Made by a program: the position numbers and the translations under genes. A stretch of DNA of 64,000 bases from positions 1 to 64,000 of IMG/VR virus record IMGVR_UViG_3300021424_000003, one strand, 5' to 3'. Source of the DNA: a virus. This document shows positions 38,252 to 47,401 of this stretch, in pieces; the stretch's first letter is position 1, and every line of letters begins with the position of its first letter. Under the pieces are notes generated by a model. The model worked only from the letters and a program-made list of their open reading frames with translations. It had not been told where the DNA came from and made no database searches.

Positions 38252-39772
38252 CTAGACGACGCTAGCTGTTAGGTTCGACTTAATGATGTCGACTTCGATT
38301 TTGTCGCCAACGCTGCTGGTGCGGACACCAACTTTTGCCTTCACCGTGCCGCCAGCGAGCTGGCTAACGGGGTTGAGGGCTGCGTCACACCGAACGGTGT
38401 AGCCATTGTCGATTTTCTTACCATTTGCATCAAACGCCTGGAATAGCGCACCCTGCTCGCGCATCGGAGCAAGAATCGCTATGAGTCTAGAAGTAATCGC
38501 CGAGAAGATGGTGTCACGACCATCGATTACGCCGAACACTAGGTCTTCCAGCGAGCGCTGTGACTCCACAACCACGTGGTTAACAATTTCCTGAGTGGTA
38601 ATGAATCTGAAGTTCTCGTCATCGAACGAAAGCGCACGGGCTCCATAGATTCTTACCGAGTTCTGAATAATTCTGATTGCATTGATGTTGTTTAAATCCA
38701 GATTGTCGCCTGTCACCTTGTTGATATCTGCAGCAACCCCAGTGATAAATCTTCCCGCAGAAACTAGGCCAGCCGCCGGAACGTGAGCACCAGATTGATT
38801 GTGTGCGAGAGAGCGCTTAGCAGCTACATAGCCATCGGGCGGGATTCTCCGGATAACACCAGCTGTCGCAGTTGGCGCATCGACCCATGGGTAGTACATC
38901 GCTGCATGCTCTGAGCCATCTTCGGTCGATAGTGTTAGGGACTTAGCAGCCGCCTCGGATACGCTGTCATCTATGCCAGCATGAATTATTGCAATTCTGT
39001 TGTATTCATTTGCGTGAGCAATCAGTGCGTTTGAAATTTCAGGTGAAGCTTTTGTATCGCCGTCGTAGTCTGTATATGGGCTTGCTCCAGTAACTCTTCC
39101 GGCAGTTTCGCCGTCGGGGATTGAAACGGCACCAGTACCGAATGCGTCGTTGAACAAATCAAGACCGCCAATCAGGGCTGCGTCGTCAACGCTCGCTAGG
39201 TCGTCGAGTCCAGCAGTTAGCGCCGTAGAAGCCAGTGGTTCTGGAATCGTTGTAGCTCCAGATACTACTTCCGCCGAAACGTAACGAGAGGCAACTGAGC
39301 TGAGGTTAATTCTGCCAGCAGCCTGAGCAACCGTTGCAACAGTTCCTGTTGAGTAGACAATAACATCGTCGTACGAAACACTGATTACGAATGTTGAAGA
39401 TGTTGGGTTTGTTACTGTCACTTTAATATTCGAGCTCCATGCACCAGGGCCGTTTGCTGAAATTGTTAGAACTGGGTCGTCATCTGCGTCCTGCAAGACC
39501 TTAGTACCCGTTGATGCACCGCTGCCCACTACGCGGGCTACGTAGCATTGTGTGCCGCCTTCCTCGAAAAACGTTTCGACAGTTGGATGTAGGTATGAAT
39601 AGGCGACATATTCACCGTAGATGCTTTCAAAGTCAGCAATACTCTGCACAAGAGTTGCAGAATCAACTGGGCCGCGTGGCGCGAGACCAACAAAGAAGGC
39701 CTGCGAAGACTCGCGAACTGTTGCTGATGATGGGCCCGTTCTAACTGCTGTTGAGATAACTACGCCTGGCAT
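38252..39772 (-). CDS. Contractile tail sheath protein
   Basis: MPGVVI, FVG.A.RGP, FFEEGG..CYVARV, YYPW, PPDG..A, INAIR, IYGARAL. Confidence 0.92.
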   Translation of the reverse strand: MPGVVISTAVRTGPSSATVRESSQAFFVGLAPRGPVDSATLVQSIADFESIYGEYVAYSYLHPTVETFFEEGGTQCYVARVVGSGASTGTKVLQDADDDPVLTISANGPGAWSSNIKVTVTNPTSSTFVISVSYDDVIVYSTGTVATVAQAAGRINLSSVASRYVSAEVVSGATTIPEPLASTALTAGLDDLASVDDAALIGGLDLFNDAFGTGAVSIPDGETAGRVTGASPYTDYDGDTKASPEISNALIAHANEYNRIAIIHAGIDDSVSEAAAKSLTLSTEDGSEHAAMYYPWVDAPTATAGVIRRIPPDGYVAAKRSLAHNQSGAHVPAAGLVSAGRFITGVAADINKVTGDNLDLNNINAIRIIQNSVRIYGARALSFDDENFRFITTQEIVNHVVVESQRSLEDLVFGVIDGRDTIFSAITSRLIAILAPMREQGALFQAFDANGKKIDNGYTVRCDAALNPVSQLAGGTVKAKVGVRTSSVGDKIEVDIIKSNLTASVV

Positions 39773-39893
39773 AAGACCTTCCTCTGTTTATATCGATGGG
39801 CAATGCCGTCTAACAAATTATATTGTACAGACGGTAATCCTCCAACTATTGCAACTGTTCTCAAAGAATAGTTCGATTTAAATAATAACACTT

Positions 39894-40520
39894 TTAGTCC
39901 GCCGTCAGCTCTGGTATCTGGTCGGTCAATTTACCGCCGACGACCGTGAACTGAATTTCGTTTGCAATTCCTATTGGCCTGCGAGAAACAACTTCGTCTA
40001 TGTCCATGTTGTACCCGATATAGGCGCCAGCCATTACTCTGTCGCCCTTAAGCAATGTCAAATCAGAAAATTCCTCCCTAAGCGTTCCCTCATCAATCAT
40101 GGCTCGGAAGGAATTTCTAGAGTCATATGCCTTCATGCACGGATAGTCGAGGATTGCCGCCCTCACTACGGTAGTAAGCCTGTCCCTCATAATTGTGGCC
40201 TCTTCGGGACCCTCTGTTTTGACCCAAACATATGTCCGCATGGCGTACCCGACGCGATAAAGGGGGTCAGGACCATCAAACCCAATACGCTCAAAGCCAG
40301 ATGTAGATATAGCCAAATTCACGACTAGCGGCCATGCATCTATGGCCAATGGTTCGTGAACTGTGTATTCTTCTGGCGAAGGAAGTGTTTGGTCGTCGAC
40401 GCCCCACCCGTTTCTATAATCAATAATTCTTACCGGGATGTCTTCTTTAAGATAATTATTGACATACGCTTTCGCAAACTGCGGGCCATGCATTAGTGGG
40501 TAGCCAGGTGCCTCAGCCAT
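39894..40520 (-). CDS. Tail terminator/neck protein
   Basis: Position between the neck genes and the sheath. Confidence 0.5.
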   Translation of the reverse strand: MAEAPGYPLMHGPQFAKAYVNNYLKEDIPVRIIDYRNGWGVDDQTLPSPEEYTVHEPLAIDAWPLVVNLAISTSGFERIGFDGPDPLYRVGYAMRTYVWVKTEGPEEATIMRDRLTTVVRAAILDYPCMKAYDSRNSFRAMIDEGTLREEFSDLTLLKGDRVMAGAYIGYNMDIDEVVSRRPIGIANEIQFTVVGGKLTDQIPELTAD

Positions 40521-40993
40521 TATGCGGGCAGCCCTTCATTTCCTTCAGTAATATAATTCGCCATTTTTTCAGCGAGGTCATTAAGAAAAGTTTCATTAAT
40601 AAATACTATTTCGCGTTTTGGCATTTTGCTTGTTCCTGTTTGATGAAACTGAGCATATGGAACGCCGGTGCCAAAGGTGGCGGAAAGCTTGTCTATTTTG
40701 TTTACGAGGGGGTCGGATAGTTCTGCAACACTTCTGAACAGTCTTCCGCTCCGAACAAGAGTTGGTGCTCCAGGGTAGCGAGCTAGTTTCCATGATGCGT
40801 ACTCTGCGCTCAACGGTGCCCATCCACCAACCTCTAGCCCCTGTGAAGTGAAATTATCGGCGAAAGTTCTTTTAAGCTGCTGATGCGCCCATCTAAAAGC
40901 GGGCCTAACATCAGTTATTCTTGATTTCATTCCATCTATAAGGTCATCTACTTCGTCAGCTCTGACCTCAACTTGTATTCGTACTCTTCCCAT
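40520..40993 (-). CDS. Virion morphogenesis (Mu gpG-like/neck) protein
   Basis: F..QG...WAPLS...L.RSGRL..S...GT.VPYA.FHQ.GT..MP.R. Confidence 0.8.
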   Translation of the reverse strand: MGRVRIQVEVRADEVDDLIDGMKSRITDVRPAFRWAHQQLKRTFADNFTSQGLEVGGWAPLSAEYASWKLARYPGAPTLVRSGRLFRSVAELSDPLVNKIDKLSATFGTGVPYAQFHQTGTSKMPKREIVFINETFLNDLAEKMANYITEGNEGLPA

Positions 40994-41640
40994 TATGAAA
41001 CTCTACTGCGTCTGTACTTCCTTATAGAAAGTAACTCTGAGTCCAAGAATCCGGTCACCAGTGGTCCGACGTTTCTAGTTTCTAAATCTTTCAACCCAAC
41101 CACATCGTCATGCATGTTTTGCATTTCACGAGATGCAGCCCGAAGAATTAAAAGCTTAAATATGGGTATATTGCCCCCGTCTAGCCCTGCAGTGTACGAA
41201 ATTGTTATCTTGTCACCATCTAGGGCGTAGTAATAGTCGATGCCAAATCTTCTTTTAACATAATCAACTTCCTCTATAAGTGTTCTTTCTGTGCTGCCTA
41301 CTGGCTTTACTTTTACCTCATCGACAGAAACAACTGGAGAGTTTCTAAGGTAGATAGTGTGTGGTGGTTCGGCATATTCCGACATTTCAACAGGGTTTGT
41401 ATTAACAAATGAATCTGTGTACTGAGACGTTGGAGTAGATAGGAACGAACCCATCGGCACGCCGCGAAAACCTGATTCAATTACGTACTCTTCTTCAAAT
41501 TCTTCAACTTCTACAGGCCTACGAAGGTAGCCCTCCATTTCTGACTGAAGGCCTGCAAGGACTATGTCTGCAGCATCCTGCTGACGTAAAGATAATTTTA
41601 TGTCCATGTATGTGATTAGGTCAGATTTATTAACCAACAT
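40993..41640 (-). CDS. Head-tail adaptor (gp6/gp15-like)
   Basis: DLITYM...EGYLRRP...PVVSV...ISYTAG...LLILRAAS. Confidence 0.7.
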   Translation of the reverse strand: MLVNKSDLITYMDIKLSLRQQDAADIVLAGLQSEMEGYLRRPVEVEEFEEEYVIESGFRGVPMGSFLSTPTSQYTDSFVNTNPVEMSEYAEPPHTIYLRNSPVVSVDEVKVKPVGSTERTLIEEVDYVKRRFGIDYYYALDGDKITISYTAGLDGGNIPIFKLLILRAASREMQNMHDDVVGLKDLETRNVGPLVTGFLDSELLSIRKYRRSRVS

Positions 41641-41673
41641 GCCTAGACTCCAGCGGTAGTCGTCATTTTGCGA

Positions 41674-42258
41674 CTACTTTTTTCTCTTAGGGGCTGCCTT
41701 CTTGGGCTTAGCGGCTTTCTTTGCTGTTTTCCTAGCAGCAGCTTTTTTCTTTAACTTTGCACGTGCCTTGGATGCAGCGTCTGTCTGCTTCTTGCGCTGT
41801 TTTCTAATTTCAGCAAGTATGGAGCCCTGCGAACCTCGACCAGCCCGCCTCCCGCGTGCTGTTGCTCTGGCGTAGTCGGCCCTGTCGGCTTCATCCATTG
41901 CCGGACGCGCTTTGTACCCCCGCCTACGACCGATGTCTTGCCTGCCTTCTGGACTTTCTGCGAGACCAAGAATTCCGGGCCCTCTCCTCTTCCTGTATAG
42001 GCTGCCGCCTACTGCGCGAACTTCTTCCTCTGAGGCATAGCCTTGACGGCTGAGCGAAGACTTGGCAAGGCGATTTCTGGTTTGCTTGTCGCCAAATACC
42101 CGGCTTGTATATTCCTCTATCGCCTTTAGCTTATTATTCAGCATGGTCCTTCTTGGGCCGGTCTTTAAGCCCCTTAGCTGTCTACGGATTTCTTTCTCAA
42201 AATCCATTGCAGCAGCGGCGTCGTCTGTTATATCTGGGCCATAACGCAGTCCTGGCAT
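41674..42258 (-). CDS. Highly basic protein with histone-H1-like Lys/Ala tail
   Basis: Arg-rich; C-terminus KKKAAARKTAKKAAKPKKAAPKRKK; has its own TGGTATACT promoter at 42296-42304. Confidence 0.65.
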   Translation of the reverse strand: MPGLRYGPDITDDAAAAMDFEKEIRRQLRGLKTGPRRTMLNNKLKAIEEYTSRVFGDKQTRNRLAKSSLSRQGYASEEEVRAVGGSLYRKRRGPGILGLAESPEGRQDIGRRRGYKARPAMDEADRADYARATARGRRAGRGSQGSILAEIRKQRKKQTDAASKARAKLKKKAAARKTAKKAAKPKKAAPKRKK

Positions 42259-42340
42259 AAATCCCCGCTTCAGTTAAAAAGGACTTTATGAACAGAGTAT
42301 ACCATTTTTGATATTTAGGGTACTAATAAAAACCCGCTGA

Positions 42341-42898
42341 TTATCTGTCGCTATTTGGTGGAGACTCAATTGCTATTCCGGAATCATCAGTTGTTCCAGG
42401 GGGTGCTTCAACTGGAACCCAGGCACGAGCGTAAGCGTGCTCTTTAATATTTCTAGACTTCAGAAGAGAGTTGTTAATCATGAGCGCATATTCCTCCCTT
42501 TTCATGCACAAAACTCTCTCCAGACTTGCTGCATCTTCTGATTTTGACATCACCAATTTTCTAATAATCTTTGACATTGGCTTGGCAACCAATGCTCCCC
42601 GTGAGCGATTGAAGCGTAGATGCATCAGCATGGCATCCAGCGAAGATACGTCGTGCTCTACCACTGGAATTTCGTCCCCAACCACATTTGAAATTCTGCT
42701 TACTTGTGTGGCCAGTAGGAATCTTTCTGAACCGTCAATTATTTCTCCGGTGGATTTACGAACCTGTATTGGTTGAGTAAATCCATAATCCATTAGAGAC
42801 GCAGACAGGGCCAGAAGGTCGGGCCGAAGAATATAGGTCGCCCTCCATTCTGGGACCACTAAATGGGAAGAATTTTTATAGATTATTTCAAGCTTCAT
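42341..42898 (-). CDS. ParB/Srx-like protein (IbrB-like)
   Basis: SLMDYGFTQPI.V...EIIDGSER...H.RFNRSRG. Confidence 0.75.
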   Translation of the reverse strand: MKLEIIYKNSSHLVVPEWRATYILRPDLLALSASLMDYGFTQPIQVRKSTGEIIDGSERFLLATQVSRISNVVGDEIPVVEHDVSSLDAMLMHLRFNRSRGALVAKPMSKIIRKLVMSKSEDAASLERVLCMKREEYALMINNSLLKSRNIKEHAYARAWVPVEAPPGTTDDSGIAIESPPNSDR

Positions 42899-44027
42899 GA
42901 GTCGTATCTATTCCTGCTTCTGTGATTCTTATTGAATCGGCTTTTGTTTTGGGCCCCACTGGAGTTGGTGAGTTTACGTCAATATCATTGAGTGCTAAAT
43001 TTCTAATAAGCCAACTAACGGGGTACCCATATGGGTCCTGCAAGTGTTTTTTTCTGAATCTTGAAACATATGCTTTTGCGTCTCTCTGGCGCCTTTCACC
43101 CATTAGATAGTCGTTGATGAACATGAGAGCCCCATCCCATCCATATGAAGAATATCTTGCTATCAATTTCTCAATATCAAATTCCGGCCACCACCGGCGT
43201 TGAGCGTCTATCTGAGGGAAGCACTCAAACAACCGGTCATAGAATTCCGGCTCTGTCGCAACAACATCCCCTATTCGTCTAATTGCTACGGAGTGAAGGG
43301 GAATGCCAACCCTGGTGTTGCTGCCGGTAAGTGCTGCAAGGTCGTAATACTCACAAAACTCTGCTCCGTGTTCCTCTGTTATAAATTTGAATACATCATT
43401 CGTGTTCCAGTCATAAATTATCTTTGCAAACTTCAAAGGGATTCCCGCCTTGAGTTTGTATGGAGTAACTATGTAGTTCTCGTGAAGTTTCTGAACAATA
43501 GACCTATAGCGAACCATTGATTCACTAGCACGAACTCCAGTAATAAAAGCGACATTGCCCCTCTTCCCTTGCATGGTGTAGTAATCGGTTTGTTCGGGCA
43601 ATGAGACATCATGAGTCAGACCGAAGTGCTCCCCAGTGATTGCCCACGGTGGGATATCCCTCACCAAGCGACCAATCTTTTTTCTGGCGTTACTCCATAA
43701 AAGTGTTGTCACCCTAGAACCAAGAACCCATATTTCTGCCGGATACGGAAGGCAATACCATTCCATATCCACCCAGTCATATTGACGTACACGCTCTGTG
43801 TATTCAATAACGGTTGGACTTACCATCTCTTCATCTCTGAAAATAACTTTTACTGGCCCAAGACAACGCTCTTCATGAACTTCTTTGGCAAGGTAGAGAA
43901 CCGCAGTGCTGTCCTTGCCTCCGGAAAATTGAATACAGACGGTGTCGAAGGTGTCGTAAACGTGTCTAATTCTTTGTCTTGCAGCCTCGACGCATGACAT
44001 GTCTAAAAACATTCTCTGCCTAGTCAT
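42888..44027 (-). CDS. PAPS-reductase-family PP-loop protein (IbrA-like)
   Basis: EAARQRI..VYDTFD...FSGGKDS, FRDEE, W.CLP, GVRASES..R, IYDW...DV. Confidence 0.85.
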   Translation of the reverse strand: MTRQRMFLDMSCVEAARQRIRHVYDTFDTVCIQFSGGKDSTAVLYLAKEVHEERCLGPVKVIFRDEEMVSPTVIEYTERVRQYDWVDMEWYCLPYPAEIWVLGSRVTTLLWSNARKKIGRLVRDIPPWAITGEHFGLTHDVSLPEQTDYYTMQGKRGNVAFITGVRASESMVRYRSIVQKLHENYIVTPYKLKAGIPLKFAKIIYDWNTNDVFKFITEEHGAEFCEYYDLAALTGSNTRVGIPLHSVAIRRIGDVVATEPEFYDRLFECFPQIDAQRRWWPEFDIEKLIARYSSYGWDGALMFINDYLMGERRQRDAKAYVSRFRKKHLQDPYGYPVSWLIRNLALNDIDVNSPTPVGPKTKADSIRITEAGIDTTHEA

Positions 44028-44197
44028 CAGTATTGCGCAATCTGTGAGAGTCTTTGAACCTCCGCCCTAAGCGAATCTATTTCAATAACAAGCCTGTCTC
44101 TTTCCCGTACGACCGCATCGTGATAATTGCTACATACGATAATTTTTTCCGGTTCGCAAAAGGCTAAACCACACAAACATTTATTCTGTTCGCTCAT
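44027..44197 (-). CDS. Small Cys/coiled-coil protein (below ORF-track cutoff)
   Basis: MSEQNKCLCGLAFC...RERDRLVIEIDSLRAEVQRL; fills the gap with coupled start and stop. Confidence 0.55.
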   Translation of the reverse strand: MSEQNKCLCGLAFCEPEKIIVCSNYHDAVVRERDRLVIEIDSLRAEVQRLSQIAQY

Positions 44198-44998
44198 TTA
44201 GATTTCCGTATGCTGAGAGATGAAATCCAATAGTCGCTCTGCGGTAGTAGTCCCAACCACGACTGAATCGTTTCTTAGCCATCTAATGAACTCGTACCAC
44301 TTCGCCTGCTGGTCAGGACTATCAAAAACTATCGTGTACTGAACAACCGCCTGAGGCCTTTCCCCTTGAGCGGAAACAGTCGAACCCCTAACAGCAACAT
44401 CTGATTGATTGGCAGAAGGTGGTGCAATAATTCTGTTTTCTCCATTGGAATCTCTAGAGACCGTAAAAGATGGTTCCTGAACGTCGTCGTCTCCATCGGG
44501 TTCGATTCCTGGTTGAGAAACTAAAAAGGGGGGCACGTATTGGCCGGTTGCCGACAGCTCGCTACTGTTTCTTTCCATTTCCTGCTCATACTCAGCCATC
44601 TCAAACTCATCCCACCCAAGGCTCTCCATCAGCTCTGGGTAGTAGTCACTAACTTCTATGACTAATTCAAAAACTGCCTCACTGTCTGAATAACCCAATT
44701 CAACAGTTCTATTATCCGCGAGAGCGAAAGCTATTGCTCGGGAGTCGTCGCCCTCCAAGTAAACGACGGCAATTTTGTCCCATCCGAGCTCCTTTGCTGC
44801 TTCTATCTGGTGATTACCAGCGATAACAGTGGCTGTTCCGTCGTCGTTCTTTTTTGCAACGATTGGTTTTACTTGGCCAAACTCAGCATACGAAGCGACT
44901 ATTGCCGGGATGTCCCCGATACGAGGGTTCTTCGGCAACGGTACAAGTGTGTCTATGTCCACCGCCATGGAACGTAGGGATGGGTGTATTCCGTCCAT
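44198..44998 (-). CDS. ParB/Srx-like protein
   Basis: L.PLPKNPR.GD....ASY.EFGQ.KPIV...VIAGNH...AA..LGW...ALADNR. Confidence 0.85.
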   Translation of the reverse strand: MDGIHPSLRSMAVDIDTLVPLPKNPRIGDIPAIVASYAEFGQVKPIVAKKNDDGTATVIAGNHQIEAAKELGWDKIAVVYLEGDDSRAIAFALADNRTVELGYSDSEAVFELVIEVSDYYPELMESLGWDEFEMAEYEQEMERNSSELSATGQYVPPFLVSQPGIEPDGDDDVQEPSFTVSRDSNGENRIIAPPSANQSDVAVRGSTVSAQGERPQAVVQYTIVFDSPDQQAKWYEFIRWLRNDSVVVGTTTAERLLDFISQHTEI

Positions 44999-45297
44999 TA
45001 TTTATTTTCCCGACCAATAACTTCTCTGCACAAATCCTCAACCAGCTCATGAGTAAGGATTATGCTCCACGATGAGTATGGTTGTCTGCCGTTTTCGGCA
45101 ATCCATAGCCTTCTTTGGTCGCTGACGACAAGAAAATGCTCGATTGTTCTTGGTGAGGTTGACCATGGACATGGAGGGAGTTCCTCCTGATTAGTGTCAG
45201 GACTAAATACAGAATATTTTGTTGTGGTCGCAGTGGACGTTGAGGTTGAGTATTGAATCGGCGAATGCCTAATTTGTTTTCTTCTCCAGGGCCTCAT
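44998..45297 (-). CDS. Hypothetical protein
   Basis: Translationally coupled 99-aa ORF. Confidence 0.45.
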   Translation of the reverse strand: MRPWRRKQIRHSPIQYSTSTSTATTTKYSVFSPDTNQEELPPCPWSTSPRTIEHFLVVSDQRRLWIAENGRQPYSSWSIILTHELVEDLCREVIGRENK

Positions 45298-45641
45298 GAT
45301 GTCTGAACCCTAACATTCGCATTGAGAGTTCTCAGCGCATCGATTGATGTTCGTAGTGAAAGTAGCTTTTCCCTCTTGGACTTAACGAGGGCTTCGGCAA
45401 TCTTGTGGTCGTAAGCAGCGTCATCCATTTTGTAGTCAGCCCAAGCTTCTCGCTCCTTTATGGAGCCTTTGGCCGATAGGTATTCTTTGGCCCAGTTTGC
45501 TTTATATAGGGCTTCCTTCTTTGCGGATTCTGTTGCCAGCACCTCAAAGGATTCTGTTTCTTCTTCGAGAATTTCCATGAGCCTCATAAGCTCGCCTTCA
45601 ATCTCGACCTGAGAAATAGGAGATGTCCTCGTGTTCCTCAA
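45294..45641 (-). CDS. Helical protein, possibly a UvsY-like recombination mediator
   Basis: All-alpha coiled coil located in the recombination cluster; function is inferred. Confidence 0.4.
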   Translation of the reverse strand: MRNTRTSPISQVEIEGELMRLMEILEEETESFEVLATESAKKEALYKANWAKEYLSAKGSIKEREAWADYKMDDAAYDHKIAEALVKSKREKLLSLRTSIDALRTLNANVRVQTS

Positions 45642-46171
45642 TGGTTTTCCTTTCTAATAAATTCATTCAGAGAAGACCAGTCAACCCTGTCAAGTGCAGA
45701 CATGTTGTTTGAGGGCCAATCATATTTTGATTTTCCGACCTTCGCAAGACCCATCTCTTCGAGAACCCACGCATCACACATGTCATCAGCGCCAGAACCA
45801 GACCAAACGATTCCAGTTTTTGCGGATATTGACGAGATAACTTCCCCCTTCCCCGCATTGCCTCTTCCGGTCGCAAACTTGGCCCTGCAGGTGGGGGGAA
45901 TTTCCACAAATCCTATGCCAGACTCCCAAAGCTTCATTCTTACGCATCCGCCCAATTCGCCAATGCTATGAGCCTGGCTATTTCTGGAGGCAAAAGAATA
46001 TCCTTCAATTAATACAAAACAGCTTTTTATGTTTATGCAGTAATTTAAAATTTGAGTAGAAATATGAAAAAGTCTTTCAGTTCCCCTCGATTTAGTGCTA
46101 ATTATCGACGGGGAGCCAAGGCTGCATATCCCGGTGGAGGTCAAAGAAAGGTCTACTCCGACAAAATTCAC
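45638..46171 (-). CDS. RuvC-like Holliday junction resolvase
   Basis: GVDLSLTSTG, IEGYS, ELGG, KFATG.GNA.K, DDMCDA. Confidence 0.85.
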   Translation of the reverse strand: MNFVGVDLSLTSTGICSLGSPSIISTKSRGTERLFHISTQILNYCINIKSCFVLIEGYSFASRNSQAHSIGELGGCVRMKLWESGIGFVEIPPTCRAKFATGRGNAGKGEVISSISAKTGIVWSGSGADDMCDAWVLEEMGLAKVGKSKYDWPSNNMSALDRVDWSSLNEFIRKENH

Positions 46172-46189
46172 GAATGAACCCTACTACAT

Positions 46190-46230
46190 GAACGAGCCCG
46201 CACCGATTAATGACTGGTGCGGGCCCGTTC
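46190..46230. other. Strong 15-bp-stem hairpin upstream of the RuvC gene
   Basis: GAACGAGCCCGCACC-N11-GGTGCGGGCCCGTTC; fully paired with one G-U on the - strand. Confidence 0.7.
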
Positions 46231-46297
46231 ACCTATAGCGGCCCTAAGGTATAAAAAGCACGCAAATAATATTAAAGCATAAAAATAATCACTTGAT

Positions 46298-46458
46298 AAA
46301 AGCAAACGACCGCCAGTCCTGCAGAGACTGAACGGTCGTAGGCAGCGAACGAGCTCGGGGTCTCAGGTGGCCGCCGCCTCCTTTGCCGTGGTAACTCCAC
46401 TAGACACTTGGACCACTCTCCCTTCTTTGCCGATTTATGCGGAATTCAGGTACCTGTT
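46298..46458 (-). ncRNA. Candidate structured small RNA, possibly Ms1/MTS2823-like
   Basis: Own -10 (TATTAT 46464-46469), no ORF, 3' hairpin ACGACCG..CAGTC/GACTG..CGGTCGT plus TTTGCTTTT; motif order resembles Ms1 as recalled from memory. Confidence 0.45.
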
Positions 46459-46527
46459 AGTAGATAATACCGCGACTAGGATTGGCTCGCCTATTAATAA
46501 TTGGGCGAATTTTCAAAACCTATTAAA

Positions 46528-46884
46528 TTAATTTTCCCAATTGTGCAAAGATAGGCCTAGTTCAAAGGCCAAACCCGGGTTCTCTCCGATTCTCCTGTGG
46601 CAGGGGCGACAGACACAAATGAGGTTTGACTCCTCCGTTATCGAACCGCCCTGAGAGCGACGCACAAGTTCGTGAACGTCTACCGATTGCCTTCTTGCGT
46701 AGGCGACCAGACCATCATGCTTCGCGAATATCGGGCACGCTTCACAATACGGTCTTTCGGACAGAAGTTTTTTTACAAGAGGTATTCTCTCGTTCTTGTA
46801 CTTGCTCGCCATTTTAGATGAGCGTCTTTTCAAGGGAGACCGCTTCATCGGTTTTGTCGAACGCCTTAGAGGCTTTCTTTTCAT
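46528..46884 (-). CDS. HNH endonuclease
   Basis: CEAC...DVHELVRRSQGG....NLICVCRPCH; start MKRKPL at ATG 46884. Confidence 0.85.
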   Translation of the reverse strand: MKRKPLRRSTKPMKRSPLKRRSSKMASKYKNERIPLVKKLLSERPYCEACPIFAKHDGLVAYARRQSVDVHELVRRSQGGSITEESNLICVCRPCHRRIGENPGLAFELGLSLHNWEN

Positions 46885-47393
46885 TAAATGGTGGAAGCGT
46901 CTATCGAGTCGAAAAGCCACTTATTTTCAAGGGTGGCCCATAACGCCCTGTCGATTGCTGTGTCCTCGAGGTCGTACTCACGAAGCATCGCCCTATGCTT
47001 AATGATTGCTCGACGTAGTGTGTCTGCTTCGCTTGGTGCGGAAGGCGATTCCATTCGCGTTCCCGTATCAATCATTTTTACAACTTGGTCAAGCTTTTTA
47101 TCCACATAGAACTTAAAGCGCGAAATCTTCTTTTTTCTTTCGGCATAAACCCTGGATGCTTCAGCCATAAGGACCTTGCCTTCCCTGCCGAGGTCTTCAA
47201 ATCTTTGTTTGTCGGCCTCTTCATCCAAGTCGATGTCTTCAATTTGCTCTCCGAGGTTTTCTAGGAGAGACAGAAGTGCTTCCTTCCACCTCAACCAATT
47301 CTCCTTTTCCAGGAGAAACTCTCGCTGCTCTCGTGAAATTTGGTTTTTCACGTCGTCAGCGACCATTTTTGCAAATCTGTAATCGTCAATCAT
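46884..47393 (-). CDS. Hypothetical helical protein
   Basis: Coupled ORF; ends LRRAIIKHR...DRALW; start uncertain. Confidence 0.6.
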   Translation of the reverse strand: MIDDYRFAKMVADDVKNQISREQREFLLEKENWLRWKEALLSLLENLGEQIEDIDLDEEADKQRFEDLGREGKVLMAEASRVYAERKKKISRFKFYVDKKLDQVVKMIDTGTRMESPSAPSEADTLRRAIIKHRAMLREYDLEDTAIDRALWATLENKWLFDSIDASTI

Positions 47394-47401
47394 CTTTTCT
47401 C

